NCBI GenBank assembly: GCA_951406725.2
Contig: OX597827.1
Coordinates: forward strand, 83,762,001 to 83,826,000
DNA length: 64,000 nt
DNA from: Octopus vulgaris
Taxonomy: Eukaryota
Direction: 5' to 3'
Position 1 is the first letter of the stretch. Every line of letters begins with the position of its first letter. This document shows, piece after piece, positions 14,113 to 28,110 of the stretch. The notes under the pieces are model-generated. The model had not been told where the DNA came from. It searched no databases and worked only from the letters and a program-made list of their open reading frames with translations. Both the position numbers and the translations under genes were made by a program.

Positions 14113-14268
14113 GACGTGCTTCTTTCAGTTTCTATCTACAAAATCCACTCACAAAGCTTTGGTCAGCCCAAGGCTACAGTAGAAGACACTTACCCAAGGT
14201 GCCACACAGTGGGACTGAACCCCGAACCATGTGGTTGGGAAGCAAGCTTCTTACCACACAGCCACTCC
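13868..14268 (-). mobile_element. Bipartite tRNA-like SINE (head, internal (TA/CA)n, tail); a second copy follows at about 14272-14680
   Basis: Head GGAGTGGCTGTGTGGTAAG...GGGTTCAGTCCCACTG and tail ...GGTGCTCCAGCATGG...AATGACTGAAACAA, homologous to 38301-38697. Confidence 0.8.
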
Positions 14269-14481
14269 ATATACTTTTACTTATTTCAGTCATTTGACTG
14301 TGGCCATGTGGAGCACTGCTTTAAAGGATTTTTAACCTAAGAAATTGACCCCTTGACATTTTCTTTGTAAAGTATAATACACATTCTATCAGTCCCTTTT
14401 GCTGAACTGCTAAGTTACGGGGGATATAAAAACACCAGCATAGGTTGTCAAGTGATGCTGGGGGTAAATACAGACATACAG

Positions 14482-14512
<31 letters not shown>

Positions 14513-14763
14513 TATGTATACATATATATAAATATATGATTGGCTTATTTCAATTTCTATTCAGTCCACTCATAAGGTTTTAATCAACCTGGGATTAGAA
14601 GACTCTTGCCTAAGGTGCCTCACAGTTGCATTGAACCTGAAACTGTGTGGTTGAAAAGTGAACTTCTTAACCTGAGAAGCATGTCTACACACACACACAC
14701 ACACACATGTATATCTATATGTATATATATATATGCTCACACATGTATGTGTATATATATATA

Positions 14764-14855
<92 letters not shown>

Positions 14856-15893
14856 CATGTTAGCATGGAAGGCGGATGTTAAACGATGATATGTTTGTAT
14901 ATATATATGTGTGTGTGTGCGCACACACACATCTGTATCTCCAATTACTGTTTGTAGAAAGGTGTTGCTATGAAATAATTGTCCTGACTAATTTTTGAAT
15001 TTTCAGAAATTCTCTCTAATCATCCAGAACATTCTAGACTTCATAGAATAACCTTTTCTCTGCCAATATAGTCCACACATAATTCACTAATTGTCCTCTT
15101 TTACATGACAACATTCCGCATAGATTTGCTCAGCTACTTCAATTATTAACAATTACATCCAGTCGTTTACTGCTCTGAAATAAACTCCACCAAGTCTGGC
15201 GCAGACATTACCCATAATACACTGGAAACAGTGTCACAGTGAATGCTTTGCCTGTTCTTGTTTAACCCCAGGTCTGCCCTCAAGACATGAGCAAAGTTGT
15301 TCCAGTTTCATGATCCTGTCTTTTTGTGTTTTTCTTTTAAGGATTATATTTAAGGGAGACTTAGCTGCTATTTCTTGCTGGAAGTTTGAACTTGTGTTGG
15401 CTCTATGATGTCTATTATTAGCGATGTTATTTAGCCACAGGTATACCATCACTGGGAGCCATGTAATCAAAAGAAACTCCAGCCATGACCACTACATCTA
15501 TAGTGAAGGTGTTGCTATCACTTTTTAAGATAGTAAGCTGTAAATTGAGGGAGATTAAGCTATTATTTTGCAGAGGTTGATTAGTGGTGATGTGCACACG
15601 TGATAAATGTCGTTGTTTAAGCCTTGTTGCCAACCTTGACTGAGCAATTGTGTCCAGTCATGACCATCCCATCTATTTAGTGGTGCACAGCAGATGTAAA
15701 GGTGGGCTGTATAGTGAGATGGTGAAGTAGATAAAGTATCTAAATAACTGTATGGAGAGCAAGAGTTCAAACCTGTTGAAACTATCTGAAATCTTGACTT
15801 TCCACTTTCCATCACTGCATGAAGCTGTTTGTTGGGTTACTACTACTACTACTACTACTACTGCTACTGCCGCTGCTGCTGCTTCTGCTGCTT

Positions 15894-15951
<58 letters not shown>

Positions 15952-16212
15952 CATGCAGACCTGTTTGGTGATTGGGATATCTTATTTTACTTTGAGACAA
16001 GTGCTATAACAGAAGACCTTGCCTAAGGTGACATGCAGTAGGACTGAACCCAAAACTCTGTTGTTGGGAACCAAACTTCTTAACCAAATGCTACCCTCTC
16101 ATATATGTCATCTCACCCCACTCACTCCAGCCAGCATTATACAGCAATGACATGACTACAAGACAAAGACCTCTTGACTGGGAGAGGAGGTGGGGGTGTG
16201 GCTATAAAGGAC

Positions 16213-16620
16213 ATGCCTGTATGTAGGGATGGTCACGATTTTACTTAGCTTGACATATCTTCTCAAGTACCACAAATCGCCAGAAGTTCCGGTCTTTTGT
16301 CATGTCCTCAGTGGGGCCCAGTGTCTGAAGATTCTTTCTCACCATGTTGTCCCCCATCTTCCTAGCTCTACCCCTTCCACAGGTTCCCTCCACAATTAGG
16401 CCATTGACACCTCTTTATGCAGCTGTCTTCACCCAACCAGTGCACTCTTGTACACAGCATCTGGGGCCTCTTACACCCAGTTTTTCTCTTAAAGCCATTT
16501 ACACTTTGTTGCACATGCACACTGACATTTCCTGCCCAGTGGAGCAGGCTGGCTTCGTTTCTCTCAAGCCTTCACAAGTCCTCTCTAGCCATAGCCCATG
16601 TTTCACTGCCACGAAGCATA
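16213..16620 (-). mobile_element. RTE LINE 3' fragment
   Basis: Reverse complement matches the RTE C-terminal region seen at 11325-11530 and 23740-24230. Confidence 0.6.
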
Positions 16621-16622
16621 GC

Positions 16623-17225
16623 TGCAGACACAAAGACACACGCACACACACACACACACACACAATATATATGTAACAATCATGCCAAACCTAACCTTGC
16701 CTCTGCTAGTGTTATGTAAAAAGTATTGAATCCACTCTGCAGAGTGGTTGGTGACAGGAAGGGCATCCAGCTGTAAAATCCTTGCCAAAACAGACACAGT
16801 TTTAATGAATATGATATATCGTAATATTTATATATCAGTGCTGGTATGGCTGTATGGTAAGACGTTTGCTTCTCAACCAAATGGTTCTGTGTTCAGTCTC
16901 ACTGGATGGCACCTTGAGCAAGTGCCTTCTACTAAAGCCTCAGGCCAACCAAATCCTTGTGAGTGGATTTGATAGACAAAAACTCAAAGACGCCCATCAT
17001 ATATTAATATATATCATTGTTTAACATCGACCTTCCATGCAAGGGTAAGACAGTTGACAGGAGCCAGCCAGGTGGAAAATTATCCTAGGCTACTGTGTCT
17101 GTTTTGGCAAGGATTTTACAGCTGGATGCCCTTCCTGTCACCAACCACTCTGCAGAGTGGATTCAATACTTTTTCCATAACACTAGCAGAGGCAAGGTTA
17201 GGTTTGGCATGATTGTTACATATAT

Positions 17226-17272
<47 letters not shown>

Positions 17273-17365
17273 GTCTTTGTGTCTGCATTTGCCCCTGCAA
17301 CAACCACGATGCTTGTGTAAAAGCATTATTACACAGCCTATAAGCTTGTTTTAGTATATAATATG
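16623..17365. repeat. Complex local duplication of 12062-12629 (direct, inverted, direct segments)
   Basis: 16623-16800 = 12081-12294 direct; 16800-17306 = reverse complement of 12062-12586; 11-nt filler 17307-17317; 17318-17365 = 12582-12629 direct. Confidence 0.92.
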
Positions 17366-17423
17366 TCTTCCATATGAGCCGTTGGCCAACAAATGCCTTG
17401 TGAGTGAAACTATGTCGAAGCTC

Positions 17424-17476
<53 letters not shown>

Positions 17477-18998
17477 ATATGTGTACATGTGTAGTGTGTT
17501 TCTTAATTCTGTATTTGTTCTATGTGATCATGTATTGAGTACTACCCTTGAAGATGCTTACTTCTCAGCAAACTATATAAGAAGTATAGGGGTGTTTATA
17601 AACACACACACTCATACACATAAACTCACACACATACTCACACACATACATGTATGTATGACAAGACAGAGACTGAACAGAAGGTGAAGATAAAGACAAA
17701 GGCCCCCACCCCTGCACCTCATATCCACCCCGTTCACCAACAACAGGGTGAGCAAGGTCGGAGATGAAAGCCCAACCCTGACCTTGCTACTTCCGACTGA
17801 GGTACTTGACATTTCCTCAGAGTTGTGTGTTTTTGGAAGCAGATGTTTGCGAGAAGCTGAGCCATGATCAGACGGATCCTACAACCATTTACTGGGTAAC
17901 CAGGGTAACCAAGCAGAAAACAAACAATCCTGCCCCCACCCCCACAACCACCACCACCACCACCACCACCACCACCACTCAGCTTCTTTAATTACAGTAA
18001 CGAGCTGGCTGCTTGGTACAAATGCTTAGCAAATACTTGCACATGGTAGTAGCATATTTTTTTTTTACGTATGTGATGAAGGATGAAGAGCATGGATGAG
18101 TGGAGAGACTTGCTTAATAACAGCTGTTGCTACACCTGTAGTAGCATATCATAGTGACATCTCAACAGATAATGGCCTCCCCTACCTCACACTCCACCCT
18201 TTCTACTACACCCCACCATCACCTCCAGAGGCATTTATGTGGTTACTAGCATTGCTAGAAATACCCCCCCCCCCCCCGCCAATTACACAGTACCATTATG
18301 AAAAGGGAAAGACATTAAATAATGTGGTCTTAAATATGCAAAAAGACAGGATGGTCACAATTGGAATCCTGTTGGACATAGTCTACACCATCAGAGCTGA
18401 GAGAAGGCTACAGCTACCACCACCACCACCACCACCACCACCACCACCACCACCAATAATGATAATAATAATAATAACAACAACAACAATATTGTTTCTA
18501 AATTAGGTAGAATGTTAGAAGTTGGATGTGTTTTTTTTTTGGTGGGGTTGATTGTAATGGTCCTCAGTATATGACTGGTACTTTATTTTACCTTTCATCA
18601 CTGAAGGGATGAATGATAAAGCTGGCCTGAGAGGGATTTGAAATGTGAATGTAAAGAGGTGACACAACTACCACAAGGCATTTTAACCAACTTCATAATA
18701 AATATGTTAGGGGAGAGGGAAGTATTTAAGGTGGTGGAGACATATTGAATCCCCTCAGTACTGGCCATGCTGTAGCAAATGAACAAAGTTGGTTGATTGT
18801 TACTGTGTAACATCCTCTTCCCCAGAAGTTCTTACAAGGGATTTAAACTGGGTTACACACACAACACCACACCATTTGTTATAATAGCAGCAGCAACAGC
18901 AGATGTGGTAGTATTATTATTATTATTATTATTAGTATTAGTAGTAGTAGTAGTAGTAGTAGTAGAAGAAGAAGAAGAAGAAGAAGTAGTAGTAGTAT

Positions 18999-19045
<47 letters not shown>

Positions 19046-20249
19046 ATATTGATAATGATGGATTACTTTGAAGTTTTGTCAAAAATTCCTCCGTCAACAG
19101 AAAACAAGAACTCTTAAAGAAAACAATGTCTTTGGAATCTTGGAAGTCAAAAAGAAACTTATCTAAACAGTTGCTAATTACATCAATCTATTAGCTGGCA
19201 TGATTATTGTTGTTGTTGTTGTTTCGTACTTGATTTTTATCTTGTTTCTGTAAAATCCCCAAATGTTTTTCTTGTAATTTGTCCTGTGATGTCCCCTTAC
19301 ATGTCAACCTTGTGGCAAATAAAGAAATTATTATTATTATTATTGTTGTTGTTGTTGTTGTTGTTATTATTATTATTATTATTATTATTGTAGGCAGTGG
19401 TGGTGATAGCAAGAAGAAGAAGAACAACAACAACAATAATAATAAAGAAACTAAATCAACAAATACTGGTGCCTGCAGCAAGATCCCAGTTAGTAACGGT
19501 AGATGGTAAGTTGCCAGGAATTAGAAGAAACTGAAAGAATGAGCTTGAATATAGAAGAATTCAGAGAAATGAAGGAGCTAAAATATAAAGGAATTCACTA
19601 AAAGAAGAAGAAAGGCAGGGAAGAAAGAAAACGTCTCCCCACCGCCCCGAAAAAGGAGGATCTTATTTCTGTGTTGTGGCGCCACAGATTGTTATAAAAG
19701 GTTTGAATTACCGAAATAATAATGGAACGAAGACCAGAGTGAAATACGAAAAGTATTTAAAACAGTTTAAAGTAACAAGTATTTATCAGGGGGAAACGTA
19801 AGGAGGGGGGGGGGCACCTGGGTGGAGGAAAGAAAGAGGAAAAAAAACAACCAAAATCAAAATGGCTGAAACAAAACAATACTTTTGAGTGTTTTTAGAT
19901 ATTAAAGAGTTCTGGGGGGGGGGAAATAATACAGTTCTAGACACAAACTCATTGTCATGTGGTTGTGACATGTTTTTAACAATATTTCTATAAAAGTGAG
20001 ATTATAGAGAGATTTTTTATCCTCAATATAAGATTGTTTCAGATGGAGATGACTTAGTGATGTAGAAACATCAATGGAAGAAGTTGCTACATGTACCCAG
20101 AGAAAGTGTGTGTGTGTGTGTAGGGGGAAAGTTCAAACAGGAACTGAATAAGGATCTTGAAACTGGTCTTTCTGATTGATGATACCATTATCCATATTGT
20201 GCTGAAATAATGGTGGGTGTAGACACAACATACACATACATACATACAT

Positions 20250-20364
<115 letters not shown>

Positions 20365-20388
20365 GTTCTATATAAAAGAGATTAGGAA

Positions 20389-20514
20389 TTATTTACATTA
20401 TTTACATTTGACGGATATTTGTCCTCATCTTGTTTGTTGTTAACACGTTTCTAGCCTTCATCAGGTGTCTTGGGGAAATTTTGAACCTCAGTTCTCATTC
20501 CTAAGGTATTTTTC

Positions 20515-20545
<31 letters not shown>

Positions 20546-20564
20546 TTGTTGTTGTTGTTGTTGC

Positions 20565-20614
<50 letters not shown>

Positions 20615-20878
20615 TTACTGCCTGGAATCAAACTCAGAATCTTGGGGTTAGTAGCCTGCACACTTAACTATGCTATATGCCTGTAGGCATAATGATAACA
20701 ACAACAACAATAACAACAGCAACAACATCGAAAAATACCTTAGGAATGAGAACCGAGGCTTGAAATTTCCTCAAGACACCTGATGAAGGCTGGAGGGTAC
20801 ATCAGCTGATCCATTGTGTTAACAACAAACAAGATGAGGACAAACATTCGTCGAATGTAAATAATGTAAATAATGTAA
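20389..20878. mobile_element. Head-to-head pair of a tRNA-headed SINE-like element with a hammerhead-like tail
   Basis: The minus copy 20389-20690 has a tRNA-like head with B box GAGTTTGATTCC, a triplet microsatellite and the tail ...AAGACACCTGATGAAGGCTAGAAACGTGTT. The plus copy 20691-20878 has the same tail without a head. Palindromic junction TATGCCTGTAGGCATA. Confidence 0.8.
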
Positions 20879-22029
20879 TATATATATATATATATATATA
20901 CATATAGTTGAAATTTATAGAAAAACAAAAGCCAAAGACAGGTGTATGAACAACAAGCTGGTGTATAAGTATGACACTTGGGAAACTGAAAAAGTCTTTT
21001 ACGTATTGAGCCTCTGCTCTTCAACAGAAAGGAATAAGAGAAAATAAAGAGAGAGAGAATGAAACAAAAACTTGAAGATTTATCGGTCAAGCATGGCATC
21101 TGGTAGAATAATTTTTGTAGCTTTGCTGCTGTCTTTGCTGTTGAAAGAATTAAACCGAGACAAAACGGATGAAAGACTCCGCACCTCCATTCCAAGTCAC
21201 TCTAAAGATAATCCAAAATAATATCAGAGAAATACACATTGTGTTATTGGTTGTAGAGATAAATAGATGAAAAATATATCATCCCCTGGATAGGCTAATA
21301 GTCCCCTATGGCAAATACTTCTCCAAGATTGGCAAACAGAATCTAGCAACATTACGTCACAAGTGGATCAATATATTGATCTCAGATGTTTCTCAGCTAC
21401 CTGCTAAAAATAGCAGTCACATCTCCCTAAAATAGGCATAAGTCATTGATAATGTAGTCCTAGATACATTAGAAGCTAGAACAGTGGTGGTGGTCGTGGT
21501 TGGCTTCCATTATGAGACTACTCCATATAGAGTAGAAGTTAAACAACAGCAACAAAAATGAAAGAACAAATCTGAGGGATTTGTTCAACAAGCTAGAAGC
21601 AACAGTTAAATATCCTTAAAAGTATATTGCAATGATGGTGTTGATAATGATGTTCATCACATCAATGTTACCACCACCACCGCCGCCGCCGCCACCACCG
21701 CCGCCGCCACCACCGCCACCACCACCACCACCACCGCCGCCGCCGCCGCCACCGCCAACACCGCTGCCACCACAAACTCCACAAATCTAAATCTTTGATA
21801 ATGTGATGAATTAAAAGCATATATTAACAAATGTGATGGTGGAAGTTTCCAGAGATTGGTCTCCATGACGACAGAATGGTAATCCAAATTGATGGAGAGG
21901 GGGAGGGGTAAGAGATGTGAAAGGTGCGGGGAGGGGGGAGAGGTAAAACGGCTTTTAACTGAGAATGTTTCAGGGAGGCTGGAATAAACGGCTTTAAAGA
22001 GTGGATATATACATATATATATATATATA

Positions 22030-22107
22030 CTCACATACTCTCACACACATATATGCAAGTATATAACATATACAAACACACTAATATTATATATACATAT
22101 ATATGTT

Positions 22108-22155
<48 letters not shown>

Positions 22156-22158
22156 ATG

Positions 22159-22223
<65 letters not shown>

Positions 22224-22510
22224 CAAATATATATATATACACACACACACACATATACATATATATATATACATATGTATATATATATATATATATACAT
22301 ACATATGTGTATATATATATGTGTGTGTGTGTATATATATATACACACACACATATGTACTTATAAATATATACACATATACTTACACACATACATATAC
22401 ATACATTTATGTGTGTAGTATGAGAAATATGTGCATTGTGTGTAATAGAATAATGAGCATAAAAATAATGATAATTGAGTGTATATATATATATATATAT
22501 ACACAAACAC

Positions 22511-22551
<41 letters not shown>

Positions 22552-22661
22552 AACACATATATAAATATATATATATATATATTTACAGATATATATATAT
22601 ATATAAAACACATACGTACATACATTATAGATATATATATGTATGTGTGCGTATATATATA

Positions 22662-22710
<49 letters not shown>

Positions 22711-22810
22711 CATACATATATGTATGTATGTGTATGTATGTATGTATGTATATATATATATGTATATACATACATACATATATATATACATACACATACA
22801 CACACACTGA
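22030..22810. repeat. About 780-bp compound (TA)n/(CA)n/(TACA)n microsatellite field
   Basis: Directly visible; source of the YIYI/THTH pseudo-ORFs such as 22087-22845. Confidence 0.95.
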
Positions 22811-23092
22811 CTAAGAGTGTAAGGTGAGTAATTTACTTCAAACAAAATATCAATTTGTCTGAGACCTTAATTGTATGGAAAGTCACAAACCTTCACTCTA
22901 CACACATACACAGGTGTATAAACATATACATACATGATGTCGTCCACACAGACATATACATTTATCATGTCATTGATATAAATCGCCTCCAAAGACACAC
23001 ACACACACTCCATCATCAACCGCCTCCTCCTCCTCCTCCTCGTCTTTGTATGTCTTTCGTTGCTGGTAACTGTATGGATGTATGTATGTACA

Positions 23093-23148
<56 letters not shown>

Positions 23149-23426
23149 AAGAGAGAGTTTAATCCTAGGCACAGTAAGAACCACCAATGAGAATTGAGAT
23201 GCTCTGCATCAAAATGACCAGTGATCTGGCTATGTCCACTAGGGAGCTTGTCTCCTTTGTCAGTCATTAAGATAGTACTTCTATGGCTATTAAGTTGTTT
23301 TGACTCTTATTTCTAGCAATGCTGGTACGACTTAGTATCCTCTGTCACTTTAGGGACGTCTGTGAATTTGCCTTTAGGTTGTTAAATTGCTAATAAGACA
23401 CCCATATTATTCCATATTATTTGTAG

Positions 23427-23462
<36 letters not shown>

Positions 23463-23466
<4 letters not shown>

Positions 23467-24228
23467 TCATCATCATCATCATTTAGCGTCCGCTTTCCAT
23501 GCTAGCATGGGTTGGACGGTTCAACTGGGGTCTGTGAAGCTAGAAGGCTGCATCAGGCCCAGTCTGATCTGGCAGTGTTTCTACGGCTGGATGCCCTTCC
23601 TAATGTCAACCACTTTACAAAATATACTGAGTGGTCTTAATATGGCACTGACACAAGGGCTTTTATGTGGTAGCAGCAGAGGACTCTTGTAAGCCAATGC
23701 TCTTCCCCAGGGAGAGTGGCCGTAACATTGTAGAGGACAGGTCTTCTTGAGCACAGCAAGGTGCTAGGTATCTCAGTCTTTTGTCATCTCATCTGAAAGG
23801 TTCAGTGTCCTGAGGTTGTCCTTCAGTATTTTGTCCCATGTCTTCCTGGGTCACCCACTTCCACATGTTCCATCCAATTTGAGAGATCGACACTTCTTTA
23901 TGGAGCTGTCAGCATCCGTCTACATCACATGACCAAGTCCCAGAGCAGTCTCCTCTCTTGCACACTGCATCTAATTCCTTTCATGCCTAAATTCTCTTTC
24001 AATACAGTAGCACTCTGTTGAACTTGTACACTTACATTACATATCCAACAGAGCATAGTGGTCCCGTTCCTCTCTAGCCTTTGCATGTCTTCTGCATCCA
24101 GGGCCCACCTCTCACTACCATACAGGATTGCATTTCATACACATACATCATACAATCTTCCTTTCACTCAAAGAGAAAAACCCTTGGTTGCCAGCAAAGG
24201 TGGAAGCTCTCTCAATTTTCTCCATTCT
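23463..24228 (-). mobile_element. RTE LINE 3' end (RT C-terminus, 3'UTR, (GAT)n tail) next to (TA)n
   Basis: Minus strand carries GIRCSVQERRL..GHVM..DGTCGSG.PRKTWD remnants and the tail CCAACCCATGCTAGCATGGAAAGCGGACGCTAAATGATGATGAT. Confidence 0.8.
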
Positions 24229-25718
24229 CTCTTCTTTTATTCTTTTGTTCTTTTACTTGCTTCAGTCATTTGACTGCAGCCATGCTGGAGCACCACCTTG
24301 AAGGATTTTTTTAGTTGAACAAATCAACCCCAGGGTTTATTTTTTAAGCCTAATTACTCTGTCTTTTTCGCTAAACTGCAAAGTAACGGGGGTGTAAATA
24401 CACCAACACAGACGCAAAGACACACACATAAATCATCATCATCATCATCATCACCATCACCACCACCACCGCCGCCGCCGGCACCACCATCATCACCACT
24501 ATTTAATATCCATTTTCCATGCTGGCATAACTGACCAGCTGAAGGACGGTTCAGGCTCCATGTCTGTTTTGGCATGGTTTCTATGGCGGGATGCCCTTCC
24601 TAACACCAACCACTTTACAGAGTGTATAAGGTGCTTTTTACATGGCATTAGCACTTACAAGCCAGCAAGTTTAGAGATGCTCAGCTAGAGATGATTGAAG
24701 GGTACAAGCCTGTATGCAAGAACAACCACGCTTTTAGCATGACCTGTCTCTTCAAGCACAGCCCTTATGAGCCAGGCATGGTTTGAGAAGGAACTAATAA
24801 CAACCACAACGACGACGACCACCACCATTCATACTACTGCTACCTCTACACTCCATGTCTACAGAAAGAGAAGCAAGCCTGTTTCCCACCCACAACAAGC
24901 TGTCCTGTCGGTGGAGACATTCCCATTTGAATGTTACCCAGCATGTGAGGTAGTCTCCATCTTCCACATGGTGACACACAGCTCATTATGACCACCACCA
25001 CCACCACCACCACCACCACCACCACCACTACCACCATTACTACAGCTACTACTATGGGAGAGGCCCCCAACTCCTGTGTCACCACTGCACTCTCTAGTGT
25101 CCTTCCCCTTTTAAGATGACAGGCTATTATTTCTAGTATCTTTACACACTTTCTCCTGATTGCTTGGAGTAAAGTGTGAGTAGAGGGAGGAGGAGGTGAG
25201 TGTGAGGTAGGTGTAGAGAGAGTGGGTGGAGGGTATTAGTGAAGCATAAAGGGAGAGAAGGTGTGAGGTATACAATGTTCTTGGCAGCAATAGCCCCACC
25301 CCCACCCAAACATGATTGACATACCTACCTTATCACCTTTACACAGTACCCTCCCCCACTTTATGCTTGGCTGCCCCCTATTTTATAATCAGACAATGAA
25401 GGGGTCAGAGGTAAGTGACCCTTGATGAAGGAACTTTACTGGGTGACAGGAGGTTGAGATGACAATGTGGTGGTGGTAGTAGTAGTAGGTGGTGAGTGTT
25501 GGATAGCTGTGACTGAATAAATATATGATCAAAGACAATCCATCCATGACCATATGTCTCACATTATTTAATGTGTCACTCCCTTTTAAAGGCTATAAGA
25601 TGTAATTTGAGGGAGATTTTGCTGTTATTTCTAGCATAATGGTAGGGTGAGGGTGTGTGGAAGGGGAAGAGAGAAAAAAATGAAAATTTAAGAAGAGGGT
25701 TCATACTAGGGTGGGTAG

Positions 25719-27995
25719 TTAGAATTTAGGGGACCTCTTATGTGTCCATAGCTTACACTTGGTGCATCTTATAGAGTTTCTACCTACGCCTTTTCTACAG
25801 ATCGAGCAGGGCCATCTACCTGAAGGCGTTTGTGATTTGTCTACCTTCCTACTTATTAGGACTTTGATTTTAGCTAGGTTAACTCTAAGGCCCTTCGATT
25901 CTAATCCTTGCTTCCACACCTGGAACTTCTCCTCTAGTTCTGATAGTGACTCAGCAATTAGAGCAAGGTCATCAGCATAGAGGAGCTCCCAGGGGCATCC
26001 TGTCTTGAATTCCTCCGTTATTGCCTGGAGGACTATGATAAATAGGAGGGAGCTGAGTACCGATCCTTGGTGGACCCCAACCTCTACCCAGAATTCTTCC
26101 CTGTACTCGTTGCCAACCCTCACCTTACTAGCAGCATCCCTGTACATGGCTCGCACAGCTCTCACTAACCATTCATCTATTCCTAGTTTCCTCATTGACC
26201 ACCAGATAAGGGGTCAGGGGACCCTGTCGAAGGCTTTCTCCATGTCAACGAAAGCCAGGTACAGGGACTTATCTTTGGCTAGGTATTTCTCCTGCAGCTG
26301 CCTTACCAGGAATATAGCATCAGTGGTACTTTTCCCTGGCACGAACCCAAACTGCATCTCATCTAAACTAACTCTCTCTCTAATTAGTTGGGCTATGACC
26401 CTCTCCGTAACCTTCATTACCTGATCCAACAGCTTGATACCCCTGTAGTTATTTGTATCTAGGGCGTTACCTTTACCTTTGTAGCAGTTGACTATTATGC
26501 TGCTACACCAGTACTTGGGAATGACTCCTTCATGTATCACCTGGTTAATTATACGGGTGACTAGGCTATAGCCAACACTACCAGATATTTTGAGCATCTC
26601 TGCAGTGATTCCTGATGGGCCTGGGGCTTTCCCTGTCTTCATGCTTCTAATTGCCTTAACTACCAAGGAACTGTCAACTCGCATAGCTGGTCCCTCTGTT
26701 GGGTCGACATTCGGCAGACTCTCTTTATCCCATTCATTTTCTTGATTCAGCAACCTTTCATAGTGACGTCTCCAAACCTCTCTCTTTGCATCCTCATTTA
26801 GCGCAAGTGAACCATCATCCATGCAAACACATTTCTCTCCTACCACATCACGATTCTCTCTCACACACTGTCTTGTAACACGAAATACCTCAAGTCTTTC
26901 ATCCTCACAGCGCAGAACATTGGCAAATTTTTTCTTATCTGCTTCCCCCCTGGCTAAATACACCTGCCTCCTAGCTTCCCTTCTGGCAGTCTGATACACT
27001 TCCCTGCTACCACCGTTCTTCCAGTCCTTCCAAGCCTGTTTCTTTTGTCTAATAGCCCTGTCAACAATATTGTTCCACCACCACGTTATTTTGGGTCTTG
27101 AGGGAACTTTGCATCAACCACAGATCTGGTCAGTGGCTCTCAGCAGGTTGTCCCTTAGAGACCTCCAGTTGTCTTCTACCCCATGTGAAGCTATATCCCC
27201 TTCTATTTCGTCAAAAGCTTCAAGTAATATGTCTCTAAATCTCTGTCCATTCGCAGGATCTTTAAGCTTCCAGACCCTTCTTCTCCATGTTGGTTGTCTT
27301 CTGGTCATCCTCTTAGTCCTGATCCTAAAGTCACTCACTACCAGTCTATGTTGTGGGGTACATTCTTCGCCTGGGAAGGTTTTGGCATTTATAAGCAGCC
27401 ATCTTTCCCTTTTTCTGGCAAGGTTGTAGTCGATTTGGCTAGTATGTCGGCCCGATTGGTAGGTGACTAGGTGGCTGGTAGGTTTCCTGAAGTTAGTGTT
27501 GCAAACCATAAGACTATTCGCATCGCAGAACTCCAGCAGCCTGGTTCCCTCCTCGTTGCGGGAACCATAACCGTAGCCTCCATGTACGCCATGGAAGCCC
27601 TCAGCATGTCGTCCAACATGCCCATTGAAGTCACCAGCCACAAAGAGAAGGTCCCTGTTGTTCGTTGATGATGTAATCTGCAGTAGGGTGTCATAGAATC
27701 GGTCTTTCTGTCCATCGGGTAGCCCTGGCTGAGGGGCATAGGCTGATATAATGGTTGCTAATCCATGATGAAGCACTAATCTAATCTTAAGTATTCTGTC
27801 ACTTACTCTGATTACCTCTATTACCTTATCTACCCATTTTTCAGCGATAAGTATACTCACACACCCGACCCCGTTAGTGTTCCCAGCCCAGAAAATCTTG
27901 TACCTGTGTTCTTTGCCTGTGAGGAACCTAGCAGAACCTCCTCTCCACCTCACTTCTTGAATGCAACACATATCAATACACCTTCGTTCAAGCAA
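25719..27995 (-). pseudogene. RTE-clade non-LTR retrotransposon ORF: AP endonuclease, reverse transcriptase and a Cys/His finger; broken by premature stops and truncated at both ends
   Basis: 27114-27995 has APE motifs (CIQEVRW, SAYAPQ, AGDFNGHVG, QIDY). 26214-26999 has KAPGPSG, NYRGIKLL, QFGFVPGKSTTDAIF, AFVDMEKAFDRV. 25719-26195 has GVHQGSVLS, LLYADD and CSIC..CTKC...HKR. Confidence 0.95.
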
Positions 27996-28000
27996 CTCAA

Positions 28001-28110
<110 letters not shown>

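Noticed and set aside
17821-17895. Possible plus exon SCVFLEADVCEKLSHDQTDPTTIYW
   Set aside because: Weak splice sites and no supporting context.
22087-22845. 252-aa ORF and the many [12 protein letters not shown]/poly-residue ORFs
   Set aside because: Translations of microsatellites that happen to lack stop codons; no coding signal.
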